The notes below the pieces were generated by a model. It was not told the DNA's origin and ran no database searches. It saw only the letters and a list, made by a program, of their open reading frames with translations. A stretch of 64,000 nucleotides of DNA from Candidatus Latescibacterota bacterium (lineage in GTDB: Bacteria; Latescibacterota; UBA2968; UBA8231): positions 1,408,001-1,472,000 of the forward strand of contig CBDCDC010000002.1 of the NCBI GenBank assembly GCA_965215195.1, given 5' to 3'. Positions 19,518 through 28,719 of this stretch are shown here, one piece after another. Numbering within the stretch: the stretch's first letter is position 1; the number at the start of each line of letters is the position of its first letter. A program made the translations under genes and the position numbers.

Positions 19518-20042
19518 TCACGGTCGAAAAATTTTTAGATCGAGTTCGTTGATTTCACGGTAGTGTTTTCTATTGGCGGTACAAAGTGTTGAATGATGTT
19601 CAATAGCTGTTGCTGCAATCAAGGCATCTACCAGATACAGTGCTGTCTTCCATATATACAGACGCTCGGTGTCCGATGTTTTCAGTGAGAGGTAATGTCT
19701 GAAAGGCGTGATCAGTGAGGAAATTCTTGATCGTTTTTAATTCCTGCCGATTTCTAGCACCTTGCATAAATTCCATATACGCTTACTACACGACACCAGC
19801 CCTCAGCCTGCCAAGGATCGAGGGCATCTGGCCCTCGTCGAGGGCGGGACGCCCTCGATCCCGGACCCAGCGGAAACCGCAGAAAAGGCGTACTCAAAGT
19901 AAGGGGCACCTACTTTAGGTGGCGTGTACTAAGCCATATACGTAACAATTGATATCTGACGCTCATGAGCACTTTCAACGAGTTTTGCCGCCCCTTCATG
20001 GCCTCTGAAAACCCATATCACAACATCGGTATCAAAAATCAC
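19518..20042 (-). pseudogene. vapC: VapC/PIN toxin gene broken by a MITE and a frameshift
   Basis: Reconstructed MIFDTDVVIWVFRG...SIVTYM|EFMQGARNRQEL...ENIGHRASVYME//LVDALIAATAIEH...TANRKHY...FRP*. Confidence 0.85.
19782..19933. mobile_element. MITE copy 1 (152 bp)
   Basis: 9-bp direct repeat CCATATACG at 19773-19781 and 19934-19942; imperfect TIRs CTTACTACACGACACC / GGTGGCGTGTACTAAG (14/16). Confidence 0.9.
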
Positions 20043-20276
20043 GCAAGCGGCCTTTTCTTAGATTGCGGACGTAAGCATCTACATCCGCTATATCTTTTCT
20101 GTCGCACCACATACCAAAAGCTTCGTGGTCTTTTACAGGTTTTTTTGTCCGCTGTCTGGTAGGGGACAAGATGGCTTTTCCTTGCCGCGATAAAAGATGG
20201 TGACCGATTCGTTGCGCTCGAGAGCGAGCAAAACGTCTTTCATGCGTCATCTCAAGTCGAGAATAGACGCTTTCAT
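20032..20276 (-). pseudogene. Phd/YefM-like antitoxin of vapBC, with premature stop and frameshift
   Basis: SD GAGGAGG; MKASILDLR*RMKDVLLALERNESVTIFYRGKEK then frameshift to ...AFGMWCDRKDIADVDAYVRNLRKGR; overlaps vapC start. Confidence 0.8.
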
Positions 20277-20396
20277 AATTCCTCCTCAAAGTGAACACAT
20301 AGTGTGTGCAACTAAAAATAAAATGTCAAAAGAAAGTTCCTTGGCTTCTTCGACCCTTGCGCGGAACGCGGCCACAGGGGTAAAGGATCTATCCGC

Positions 20397-20425
20397 TTGA
20401 TGTTCGGACACTTATGTCCTAGTGT
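20397..20425 (+). promoter_or_regulatory. hicAB promoter with palindromic operator
   Basis: TTGATG-N17-TAGTGT with inverted repeat GGACA-CTTA-TGTCC (20406-20419) in the spacer. Confidence 0.55.
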
Positions 20426-20432
20426 ATGGGGT

Positions 20433-20612
20433 GTGAAAGGCAGAGAATTCGTAGATCGGGTTTTTGAGCTTGGCGCGGAGCGCACGGCGATACCAAACGC
20501 GGCAAAGGGAGCCACGTCACAACGGTAGGCGCAAGACCATCGTAAAAGATCGCCGCATCTTCTGTCCGCTATGATCCGTCAGCTTGGCCTCAACCGCAGC
20601 GACTTTCAATAA
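20433..20612 (+). pseudogene. hicA: HicA toxin remnant with several deletions
   Basis: Fragments in different frames: VKGREFVDRV, KRGKGSHVT, RKTIVKDRR, LLSAMIRQLGLNRSDFQ*. Confidence 0.75.
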
Positions 20613-20618
20613 GGTAGA

Positions 20619-21032
20619 ATGCAGTTTCGCTATCCCGCACGGCTTCAGCCCGATCGCTCGGGCGCGATCATCGTCTCGTTCCGGGACCTGTCCGGCACGG
20701 ACGAGGCCGCGGCCCTCATGGAGGCTCGCGACGCGCTTGAGGAAGCTATCGCCGGCCGCATTGACGACGACGAGCCGATCCCAGTGCCGAGTCGGCGGTG
20801 CGCTGGCGAACAGCTCATCGCCGTGCCGCCGGACATGGCTGCCAAGGCAGCGTTCGCGCTGGCGTTCCGCGCCAGTGAGCTGTCGCGCCTTGCCTTGGTG
20901 CGCCGCCTCGGCGTCGACGAGAAAGTCGTGCGTCGCATGCTCAATCCGCGGCACCACACGGCCGCCAACCGGATTCACAAGGCCCTATGCGCACTCGGTC
21001 AAGAGCTCATCGTGGAGTCGCGGGCGGCGTAA
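20619..21032 (+). CDS. hicB: HicB antitoxin with C-terminal HTH; possible short in-frame deletion
   Basis: YPARL, IVSFRDL, ARDALEEA, IPVPS, LGVDEKVVRRMLNPRH. Confidence 0.82.
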   Translation: MQFRYPARLQPDRSGAIIVSFRDLSGTDEAAALMEARDALEEAIAGRIDDDEPIPVPSRRCAGEQLIAVPPDMAAKAAFALAFRASELSRLALVRRLGVDEKVVRRMLNPRHHTAANRIHKALCALGQELIVESRAA

Positions 21033-21083
21033 TGGTCGTCAATCGGCCTACCTTACCTCACTAACCAGTACCTTTAACGGGAG

Positions 21084-22649
21084 ATGAACATGGCACGTTT
21101 ACAAGACGTCAATACCACGGATGTGCGCAGCGCCATCGAATGGGGTTGCCGCACCATGTCGAGCGTCTTTAACGCCGACGACAACGATATACCCTTTTTC
21201 GGCTCGCGCGTGCGCCCCCGAGCTGAGCTGCGCTTCAGCGCCGCGCATTCGGAGGCCCACGTGCCCGGTCGCCACCTCAACGCCCTGCTCAACGCCGAGG
21301 ACGCCGCCGGCATTGCAGTAGATGAAGAAGCGATTGAAAAACACGCGGCCGCGGCGTTCTATTCGTACAGCGGCCCCATCGCCATGCCGCTCAACCGGGC
21401 CGAGTTGGGCGGTCCGCTGGTCAACTTCATCCCGCACAATATCCGCGAGGGCTTTCACGCGCTCTATCCGCTGGTGCAATACCGCGACTCGGACCAAGCA
21501 CGGCAGTTGGCTGAGGCCAGCATTGAGGCGTTTCGCCGCTATTGGAGCGCGGACAAAGGCTGGGACCGGCCAGCCCTGCAAGAGCTGGGGCTGGAGGCGT
21601 GGGAGAGTCTTTTCATTCCGGGGGAAGCCCGGGCCTTAGGGCCTTTGGTCAAGTACTATCGGGCTACGGGCTATGGGCCGGCGTTGGAGTTGGCTTTGGA
21701 ATTGGCCGCGAAGATCACGGGTGATTTTTTCGCCGCGGACGGCGGCCACGACCGGGAACTGCTGGGCGACCACACGCACTCGGTCACTTGCGTCATGTCG
21801 TCCTTGGCGCAATTGGCCGATCTGACGGGCGATGCGGCTCTCTTGCTGCGCGTCAAGGCTTTTTACGACAATGGCCTGTGGGCCATGCGCGACCCATTGG
21901 GCTGGGTCGTCGAAAGCACTCATCCCGATGCTCCGCCCGACCGCGGCGAGGTCAACAATACCGGCGATATCGTCGAGACCGCCCTAATCTTGGGGCGCTG
22001 GGGCTGGGGCGAGTACTTCCAAGACGCCGAGCGCATTGTGCGCGGCCATCTGCTGCCGGCGCAACTGCGCGACATTTCCTTCATCGACGATCCGCCCAAC
22101 CCCGAGGGCGTCGATGGCTTGCGCGATGTGGCCCAGCGGCACCGGGGGGCCTTTGGCTTTCCAGCGCCTTATGGGCACCAACCCGTAGAAGCCGATGCGG
22201 TGGGCTTCAACATGGATATTGTCGGCGGAGCGGTGGCGTCTTTGTGCGAGGTGTACCGAGAGATGGTGCGCAGCAGCCCGGCCGGGCATTGGGTCCATTT
22301 GCTCTTTGACCACGAGACCGAGGCCGTGCGCGTCGAATCCCCCTATACCCACGATGTCCTGCGCGTCGAGGCCAAGCAGCCGGGGCCTTTGTGGGTGCGC
22401 CTGCCCGGCTGGGTCGCGCCGTCTGATTTAGTGGTAACAGGGGCTGCGCGGCCGCGCATAGACAACGGATTCCTCTTTTTTGCCCAGCCGCCTTTGTACG
22501 CGCCGATTGAGATCCGTTTTGCCTTGGCCGAAGAAGAGTTGATGCTGCGGCATCGCACCCGTTCGATCCGCGCTCGACTGCGCGGCGACGAGGGGGTGGC
22601 GATGGATAACTTCGGCGCTGAGCTGACCTTTTTCCCGCCGTTTGATTGA
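21084..22649 (+). CDS. Hypothetical protein, possibly (alpha/alpha)6 GH127-like hydrolase
   Basis: Long ORF with host codon usage; HTHS, GEVNNTGD, C-terminal VRLPGW. Confidence 0.55.
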   Translation: MNMARLQDVNTTDVRSAIEWGCRTMSSVFNADDNDIPFFGSRVRPRAELRFSAAHSEAHVPGRHLNALLNAEDAAGIAVDEEAIEKHAAAAFYSYSGPIAMPLNRAELGGPLVNFIPHNIREGFHALYPLVQYRDSDQARQLAEASIEAFRRYWSADKGWDRPALQELGLEAWESLFIPGEARALGPLVKYYRATGYGPALELALELAAKITGDFFAADGGHDRELLGDHTHSVTCVMSSLAQLADLTGDAALLLRVKAFYDNGLWAMRDPLGWVVESTHPDAPPDRGEVNNTGDIVETALILGRWGWGEYFQDAERIVRGHLLPAQLRDISFIDDPPNPEGVDGLRDVAQRHRGAFGFPAPYGHQPVEADAVGFNMDIVGGAVASLCEVYREMVRSSPAGHWVHLLFDHETEAVRVESPYTHDVLRVEAKQPGPLWVRLPGWVAPSDLVVTGAARPRIDNGFLFFAQPPLYAPIEIRFALAEEELMLRHRTRSIRARLRGDEGVAMDNFGAELTFFPPFD

Positions 22650-22700
22650 GGGTTTGGTCCCCGTGATATGGGCGATATATTATTGCCCGCGAGCATTTTT

Positions 22701-23372
22701 ATGACTACGGCCATTCTACTCAGCGGCGGCATGGACTCGACCACCTTGCTCTGGTGGCTGAAGGCGCGGCAACAAGGCCCCATCCACGCCATTAGCATTG
22801 ACTACGGCCAGCGCCACCGCGTCGAGCTAAAATGCGCCGCCCGGCTCGCCCGGCTCGCCGAGGTCGCGGCCCACGAGACGCTCGCGTTGGATTTGGCGGC
22901 CCTAGGAGGCAATCCCCTGACCGACCCCACGCTGGCCGTGCCCACGGCCGAGTCCAAACGCCAACGCGACACCGTCGTCCCCTTCCGCAACATGCTCTTT
23001 GCGACGCTAGCGGCTGCATACTGCGCAACAAAGGGCATTTTCGACCTGTACATGGCACCGGTCAAAGACGACTATCCGGCCTACCGCGACTGCCGTCGCC
23101 CCTTTTACGACAGCCTCGCACAGAGCCTGCGCTTGGGAGCGGGCCGCGCCGCGCCGTGGACGATCCACACCCCGTTTGTCGAGCTGTGGAAACGGGACGT
23201 CGTCGCTTATGGGATCAAGTTAGGCGTACCCTACGGGGAAACCCACACCTGCTATGAGGGCTTGCGGCCGGCCTGCGGCCTGTGCGACGCCTGCTGCGAG
23301 CGGGTCGCGGCCTTTGCGGCGAACCGAGCCTGCGACCCCTTGGCCTATGCCGCTGGTGACAAGACGCTGTGA
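22701..23372 (+). CDS. queC: 7-cyano-7-deazaguanine synthase
   Basis: LLSGGMDST, DYGQRH..E, VPFRN, Y.DCR, TCY...CGLCDAC..R. Confidence 0.9.
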   Translation: MTTAILLSGGMDSTTLLWWLKARQQGPIHAISIDYGQRHRVELKCAARLARLAEVAAHETLALDLAALGGNPLTDPTLAVPTAESKRQRDTVVPFRNMLFATLAAAYCATKGIFDLYMAPVKDDYPAYRDCRRPFYDSLAQSLRLGAGRAAPWTIHTPFVELWKRDVVAYGIKLGVPYGETHTCYEGLRPACGLCDACCERVAAFAANRACDPLAYAAGDKTL

Positions 23373-24007
23373 CCGCCCGCGACATGCCAGCCGAAGAGCG
23401 CGTCGAGCGCCTGCCAGTATGGAGCGCGTCCGGCCGCGTCCTACAGGTCAACGAGATATTCTACTCGATTGAGGGCGAGGGCCTGCGCGTCGGCGAGCCT
23501 ACTACCTTTGTGCGCTTGGCGCGCTGCAATTTGCGCTGCCCGTTCTGCGACACCGAGTTCGACCGCTTCACCCCCATGGACATCGAGGCTATTGCCGCTG
23601 CGGTGGCGCACCATCCGGCCGAATGGGTGTGCTTGACTGGCGGCGAGCCGTTGGGGCAAAACCTAGTGGCGCTGGCCGGTCGGCTCAAGGAAGCTGGCTA
23701 CAAGCTCCACATTGAGACCAACGGCACGATCGCGCCCGATCCGGTGTTATTCGAGCGGATTGACCATTGGACTGTGTCGCCGAAGTGCTACCCGGTCGTC
23801 GCTGGTTTTGCGCGCATTACCGAACTCAAGTACGTCGTCGGCAAGGCTTTCCGCGAGGAGCGCGTCGAGGAGCACTTAGCCGACTACGTCTATTTGCAGC
23901 CCGAATCCTCTGAGCCGCGCTACGTGCGGAAGGCCCTTGCGATCCTCGAGCGCCATCCGCGCTGGCGGCTCTCCACCCGCATCCACAAGACGCTCGGCCT
24001 TCCTTGA
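23369..24007 (+). CDS. queE: 7-carboxy-7-deazaguanine synthase (radical SAM)
   Basis: EIFYSIEGEG, FVRL..CNLRCPFCDT, TGGEP, IETNGT, TVSPK, YLQP. Confidence 0.92.
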   Translation: MTARDMPAEERVERLPVWSASGRVLQVNEIFYSIEGEGLRVGEPTTFVRLARCNLRCPFCDTEFDRFTPMDIEAIAAAVAHHPAEWVCLTGGEPLGQNLVALAGRLKEAGYKLHIETNGTIAPDPVLFERIDHWTVSPKCYPVVAGFARITELKYVVGKAFREERVEEHLADYVYLQPESSEPRYVRKALAILERHPRWRLSTRIHKTLGLP

Positions 24008-24028
24008 GCAAACGTAAAAGGAGCTCCC

Positions 24029-24892
24029 ATGCCCGACGTAGCTGAAATTTACAAGTTCGACGAGCTTACCTGGCCCGAAGTCAACCAAGCCGTAGCCATG
24101 GGCAAAATCCCCATCATACCCACCGGCTCGGTCGAACAACACGGCCACCACCTCCCGCTCAAGGTGGATCACCTCTGCGCCAACGCAGTGGCGACCGAAG
24201 CCGCTCGTTTGCGGCCCGAACTTGCCCTCGTCCTCCCGCCGGTGAGCTACGGGTACGTCCACCACGTGATGGACTTCCCGGGTTCGCTCAACATTCACTA
24301 CGAGCACTTCGTCCAATACGTGCTCGACATTACCAAGAGCTTGGCCTATCACGGCTTCAAGAAGATGATCCTCGTCAATGGCCACGGCTCCAACCACAAC
24401 CTCGTGGACATGGTCGCTCGGCGCACCATCGTCGAGACCGACGCTAGCTGCACGTTTTGCTCGTGGTGGCATTTGCTGCGGGTGCATCCCGGCTTCGACG
24501 ACAAGTGGCGCGAGAGCGTTTATCCGGGCGGCTGCTCACACGCGGGCGAGCTGGAGACCTCAATGATGCTGTATCTCGCACCGGAGAGCGTGTGCAAGGA
24601 CGAGATCAAGAGCGAGATCGCCAAGACGAACAAGCTCGGCTCAAAGTTCGTGTACACCGACCTTTTCGGGCACGGGCCGATGGGCTTGATCGAGTGGACG
24701 AGTCAGTATTCGGATAGCGGGGTGATGGGCGAAGCGGAGAAGGCCACGGCCGAGAAGGGCAAAATCGTCTTTGAGGAGGCGAGCGGGAACTTGGCCGAAT
24801 TTATCGAGGAATACCACGCCATGAAAATTGAGCCGCGCACCCGCCATCAGGACCAAGAGCCGACCTTTCCGCTGTCGTTTCCGACGGATTAG
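24029..24892 (+). CDS. Creatininase family protein
   Basis: GSVEQHGHHLPL.VD, FPGS, NGHGSN, HAGELETS, SGVMG. Confidence 0.9.
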   Translation: MPDVAEIYKFDELTWPEVNQAVAMGKIPIIPTGSVEQHGHHLPLKVDHLCANAVATEAARLRPELALVLPPVSYGYVHHVMDFPGSLNIHYEHFVQYVLDITKSLAYHGFKKMILVNGHGSNHNLVDMVARRTIVETDASCTFCSWWHLLRVHPGFDDKWRESVYPGGCSHAGELETSMMLYLAPESVCKDEIKSEIAKTNKLGSKFVYTDLFGHGPMGLIEWTSQYSDSGVMGEAEKATAEKGKIVFEEASGNLAEFIEEYHAMKIEPRTRHQDQEPTFPLSFPTD

Positions 24893-24917
24893 GGGAATGA
24901 AACGGCACTTGCGCCGT

Positions 24918-24967
24918 ATCGATTTCCCGGCCCCATTCGCCCCGATCACAAGGGTCAGTTCAGCCAT
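24918..24967 (-). pseudogene. N-terminal stub of a zeta-toxin-like P-loop protein
   Basis: MAELTLVIGANGAGKS then runs into the antisense of the creatininase 3' end; ATG overlaps the stop of the upstream small gene. Confidence 0.55.
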
Positions 24968-25166
24968 CGGCCCCGTTTGCATCCATCGGCTGGAACGGCT
25001 TTTTTTCGACTCGGCCATCGGGCCATTCGGTTACTAGAAATTGATCGTCGTCGCTGAGATAGACGAACGCCTTGCCCTGTTCGAGCACCATGCGTCGGGT
25101 TGCTCCGGGGTCGGCCAAAGTCCGCTTTATCGCGGCGATTAACGGGTGTTCGCGGTTATTCATCAT
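24960..25166 (-). CDS. Small hypothetical protein, probable antitoxin partner of the P-loop stub
   Basis: SD GGAG; 68 aa; VYLSDD..LVTEWPDGRVE. Confidence 0.55.
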   Translation of the reverse strand: MMNNREHPLIAAIKRTLADPGATRRMVLEQGKAFVYLSDDDQFLVTEWPDGRVEKKPFQPMDANGADG

Positions 25167-25279
25167 CGTTGATTATCTCCATGCGAAGCCTTTTAAGGCC
25201 CGTCGGCCTGCCTCCGCGCCATACTCCCCAGACCAAATCGCCGCCCCAAAGACGACTTGATCCCATCGTCGCCGACGGA

Positions 25280-25804
25280 TTAGGGCGCGGGCAGGGGGAA
25301 AGGATCGGTCTTAGCACTTTCGATCAGTCGCCTCAACTGATCGGCGACTTCACTTGGCTCGGCCTTATACGGAAAGGTGCGAGGCCCAGCTTGGGCCTCG
25401 TACCAAGAAATTGCCCGCTGATTTTCCCGTTCTACTGGGCAATTCCATAATTCTCTCGCGTAAACCTTAAATCTCCATCCCTGCGGAGTAATGATGGTAT
25501 TTATGACAAGGTAAAAGTGGTCTTCAATTTTTACCTCATGCTCACAATGGTCGTAAAGCAGGTACGCTGGCATACGGCGGGAAGATCTGACTTCCCGACC
25601 TTGCTCTTGTGATTCAGGGAAGCACAAAGCGGCAAGGACATCATTGATGCGGTCACGCATATCCAACTTTATCTTTTCTATTTGCGACAACAGGGATTGG
25701 ATATCTTCCTCGTTGCTTTGAAAAAAAGCTAACATCTCTGAGCTCAGGAACTGACGCTCTTCTAGGCGTTTTGCAGCCTTAATCACTTCTATTGCGGATT
25801 TCAT
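25280..25804 (-). CDS. Hypothetical protein, AT-richer accessory gene
   Basis: SD AGGAG before ATG 25804 (MKSAIEV...); coiled-coil-like N half. Confidence 0.55.
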   Translation of the reverse strand: MKSAIEVIKAAKRLEERQFLSSEMLAFFQSNEEDIQSLLSQIEKIKLDMRDRINDVLAALCFPESQEQGREVRSSRRMPAYLLYDHCEHEVKIEDHFYLVINTIITPQGWRFKVYARELWNCPVERENQRAISWYEAQAGPRTFPYKAEPSEVADQLRRLIESAKTDPFPLPAP

Positions 25805-25833
25805 ACTTGTGCTCCTGTGAGAGTAGAGTCGAT

Positions 25834-26400
25834 CTATAATAGCGGCCGCAGCCGCCCTGCTTCCTCCTCGTAATCCGCGCCGCACTCCGCACAGACCAGA
25901 CCACCGCCAAGCGTAACGCCACAGCGGCAGGCCCACCCCACTTGCCGCCCCGGAACGCCGGTTATCAGCGCGTATGCCGGCACGTCGCGGGTTACGACCG
26001 CCCCGGCACCAACGAGGGCGTACGCGCCAACATCCACGCCGCAGACAATGGTCGAGTTGGCCCCCAGCGAAGCCCCCCTTTGCACCCGCGTCTCTTGAAA
26101 CTCGCGTCGGCGGTCGATAAAAGCGCGGGGATTGACGACGTTGGTGAATACCATGGACGGGCCGCAGAAGACCTCGTCTTCGAGCGTAACTCCCTTGTAG
26201 ATCGAGACGTTGTTCTGTATCTTGCAGCCGTCGCCGATCACCACGCCGCTATCGACATAGACGTTCTGGCCGAGATTGCAGTTTTGGCCGATCTGTGCGC
26301 CGGGCATCAGGTGGCAGAAATGCCATATATGGGTCCCCGCGCCAATGGCGACCGGCTCATCGACGCAAGTGCTGGGATGGACGAAGTATTCTCTTGCCAT
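25834..26400 (-). CDS. Hexapeptide-repeat sugar N-acetyltransferase (WbpD/WlbB-like)
   Basis: IWHFCH, KIQNNVS.Y, FCGPSMVFTNV.NPR, GANSTIVCG, GAGAVVTRDVP, C-terminal CxC..CxxC. Confidence 0.9.
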   Translation of the reverse strand: MAREYFVHPSTCVDEPVAIGAGTHIWHFCHLMPGAQIGQNCNLGQNVYVDSGVVIGDGCKIQNNVSIYKGVTLEDEVFCGPSMVFTNVVNPRAFIDRRREFQETRVQRGASLGANSTIVCGVDVGAYALVGAGAVVTRDVPAYALITGVPGRQVGWACRCGVTLGGGLVCAECGADYEEEAGRLRPLL

Positions 26401-26463
26401 GACGATCAAATATAAATTCCCCTTAGCGACTAAACCAATTCACCCTTTTCACAGGAGGAAACC

Positions 26464-27495
26464 GTGAAACTGGTCACGTACTCTGCCGCTGGTGAACAAG
26501 CCATCGGTGCCGTCGTAGCCGACGACTCTGTGGTCGTCGATCTCAGAGCAGCCGACGGCGGCTTGGCCCGCCGAGAAAAGCGCAAAATACATCCCTTCTT
26601 TACCGATATGCTGGCCCTGCTCTCGGCTGGTGCCAAGGGCCTGCGGGCCGCCAAAAAGGCCGCGGCGTCCGCCGAGGATAAGGAACCCAACGGCAAGACC
26701 ATCCACGCCCTCAACGAGGTCCGCCTCCGCGCTCCCATGCCCAATCCGCGCAAGGTCTTCTGCTTGGCCGGCAACTACCAAGACCACATCGAAGAGGGCG
26801 GCGGCAAAATGCGGGCCCAAGACAAGGAGACCCCGCGCGTCTTTATGAAGCCGCCGACCACCACCGTCATTGGCCCCGGTGACCGCATCCTCATCCCCCC
26901 GATTGCCAACAGCATTGATTGGGAAGGCGAGTTGGCCGTGGTCATCGGCCGCAAGGCCAAGGGCGTCAACGCCAAGGATGCGCTCAAATTCGTGGCCGGC
27001 TACACTGTCATGAACGATGTATCCGAGCGAAGCCTCAAGATCAAGGATCGCACCGACAGCCGCCTATCCGACGAGAGCGTTGACTGGAACAATGAGCAAG
27101 AGCGGAACAAGTGGAAGGATTCGCTAAGGGGCCAAGAGCGGGACAAGTGGTTCGACTGGCTCAACGGCAAGTGGCTCGACACCTTTGCCCCGCAGGGACC
27201 GTGGATCGTCACTCGCGACGACATTCCCGACCCGCAAGTCCTCGACATCAGCACGTACATCAACGGCGAGCGCAAGCAACACAACAACACCGGCCAAATG
27301 CTCTACCCGGTCGATAAGATCATCGAGTACATCTCGGCGATTATTACCCTAGAGCCGGGCGACCTGATCAGCACCGGCACCATATCGGGCGTCGGCGCGA
27401 CCACCGGCACCTTTATGCAGCCCGGCGACAAGGTCGAAATCGAGATCTCCGCGATCGGCGTCCTCAAAAACTCGGTCGCCGCCAGCAAGAAATAA
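26464..27495 (+). CDS. Fumarylacetoacetate hydrolase family protein
   Basis: KVFC.AGNY..H, FMKP, DWEGELAVVIG, GYT..NDVSER, GK..DTF.P.GP, LEPGDLI.TGT. Confidence 0.92.
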   Translation: MKLVTYSAAGEQAIGAVVADDSVVVDLRAADGGLARREKRKIHPFFTDMLALLSAGAKGLRAAKKAAASAEDKEPNGKTIHALNEVRLRAPMPNPRKVFCLAGNYQDHIEEGGGKMRAQDKETPRVFMKPPTTTVIGPGDRILIPPIANSIDWEGELAVVIGRKAKGVNAKDALKFVAGYTVMNDVSERSLKIKDRTDSRLSDESVDWNNEQERNKWKDSLRGQERDKWFDWLNGKWLDTFAPQGPWIVTRDDIPDPQVLDISTYINGERKQHNNTGQMLYPVDKIIEYISAIITLEPGDLISTGTISGVGATTGTFMQPGDKVEIEISAIGVLKNSVAASKK

Positions 27496-27498
27496 CCC

Positions 27499-28710
27499 TT
27501 GCACTCAGCATCCGCGACCGCGGGCCAGGAAGGTGGGCTGCTCAGCCGCGCCTTCCTGGCTCTTTGTTTGATCTACTTTCTCGACAGCTTCCTCTCCGCC
27601 CCCTTCCAAGCGCTCTTTCCCGTCTACATCGAAGCCGACTTGGCGCGGCCTCCGTGGTTTACCGGCTACCTGCGCGGGCTGATGCTGGTCCTCGGCGGGA
27701 TATTTGCCGTCGTCGCCGGCCGGCTCTGCGACCGCTTTGGCCGCAAGACGACCTTGATGATCGGCCTCGTCGGCAGCGCGCTCACCGGCTTGGTCTTTCG
27801 CACCGCCGACCCTTGGGGGCTCTCGTGTTTGCTCTTGGCGATGGGCGCGGCCAGTGGCCCTTGGTCCACGGCCGGGCAGAGCATCCTCATCGCGGCCGTC
27901 ACCCCGGCTCGACTCGGTTTGGGCGGTGCCCTCTACTTTCTCAGCAATACGCTCGGCAACGCGCTCGGCAGCTTTTGTACCGGCTTGGTCAAAACCGCCT
28001 ATTCCTTCGCCCAGATCGGCGCTGCCATGAGCCTCGGCATGGTCGCGGTAATCGCCTTGGCCCTTGCGCTGTTGCCCGGCGACGCGCCCACCCCTAGCAC
28101 GACAGCGCACCTCAATACGTGGACGGCCTACCGCCCGCTTTTGGGCCGCGGCACTGTGCATCTCCTGCTCAGCCTGCGCCTGACCATCACCACCTTCTGG
28201 GGCATGGCGACGCTGGCCCTGCCCCTGTTGATCTACCGAGTTAGCCAGAGCGAGGCCCTACCCGCGTATTTTGCCGCCGCCTCGCTGGTCGCTGCCGCCT
28301 GCTGCCAGCTCGGCGTCGGCTATCTCAACGACCGCTTCGGCCGCGCGGTGCCGCTTATCGGCTCGGCGTCCGGCGTCTTCTTGAGTGCCTTGGGACTTGC
28401 CCTTTGGCACGACGCCCTCGTCGGCCTCTTTGCCTGCGGCACCGGGCTCACGGCTACTGCTTGGGCCGTCTCGACCCTGATCCCCCGGCTCATCAACGAC
28501 GTCGCCGCTGCCGAAGAAAAAAACCGCCTCGTCGGCTTGGGCCACCTCGCTTGGAGCGGCTCAATGGTGGTCGGCAGCCTGCTCGGCGGCTACCTGATCG
28601 AGATACAGGCCGCCCTGCCCTTCTACCTCGGCACGGCCCTCAGTGCTTTCGGTGCCCTCGCCGCCTTTGGCCTCTGCCGCCGTCTGGACGGCGCGGCAGT
28701 TACGGCTTAG
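27499..28710 (+). CDS. MFS transporter
   Basis: About 12 TM helices; GRLCDRFGRK and GYLNDRFGR motifs. Confidence 0.88.
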   Translation: MHSASATAGQEGGLLSRAFLALCLIYFLDSFLSAPFQALFPVYIEADLARPPWFTGYLRGLMLVLGGIFAVVAGRLCDRFGRKTTLMIGLVGSALTGLVFRTADPWGLSCLLLAMGAASGPWSTAGQSILIAAVTPARLGLGGALYFLSNTLGNALGSFCTGLVKTAYSFAQIGAAMSLGMVAVIALALALLPGDAPTPSTTAHLNTWTAYRPLLGRGTVHLLLSLRLTITTFWGMATLALPLLIYRVSQSEALPAYFAAASLVAAACCQLGVGYLNDRFGRAVPLIGSASGVFLSALGLALWHDALVGLFACGTGLTATAWAVSTLIPRLINDVAAAEEKNRLVGLGHLAWSGSMVVGSLLGGYLIEIQAALPFYLGTALSAFGALAAFGLCRRLDGAAVTA

Positions 28711-28719
28711 ACTAGGCGA

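Noticed and set aside
22650-24007. queC-queE as a 7-deazaguanine DNA-modification (dpd) island or with a preQ1 riboswitch
   Set aside because: No dpdA/tgt paralog or helicases nearby and no preQ1 consensus upstream; most simply queuosine biosynthesis
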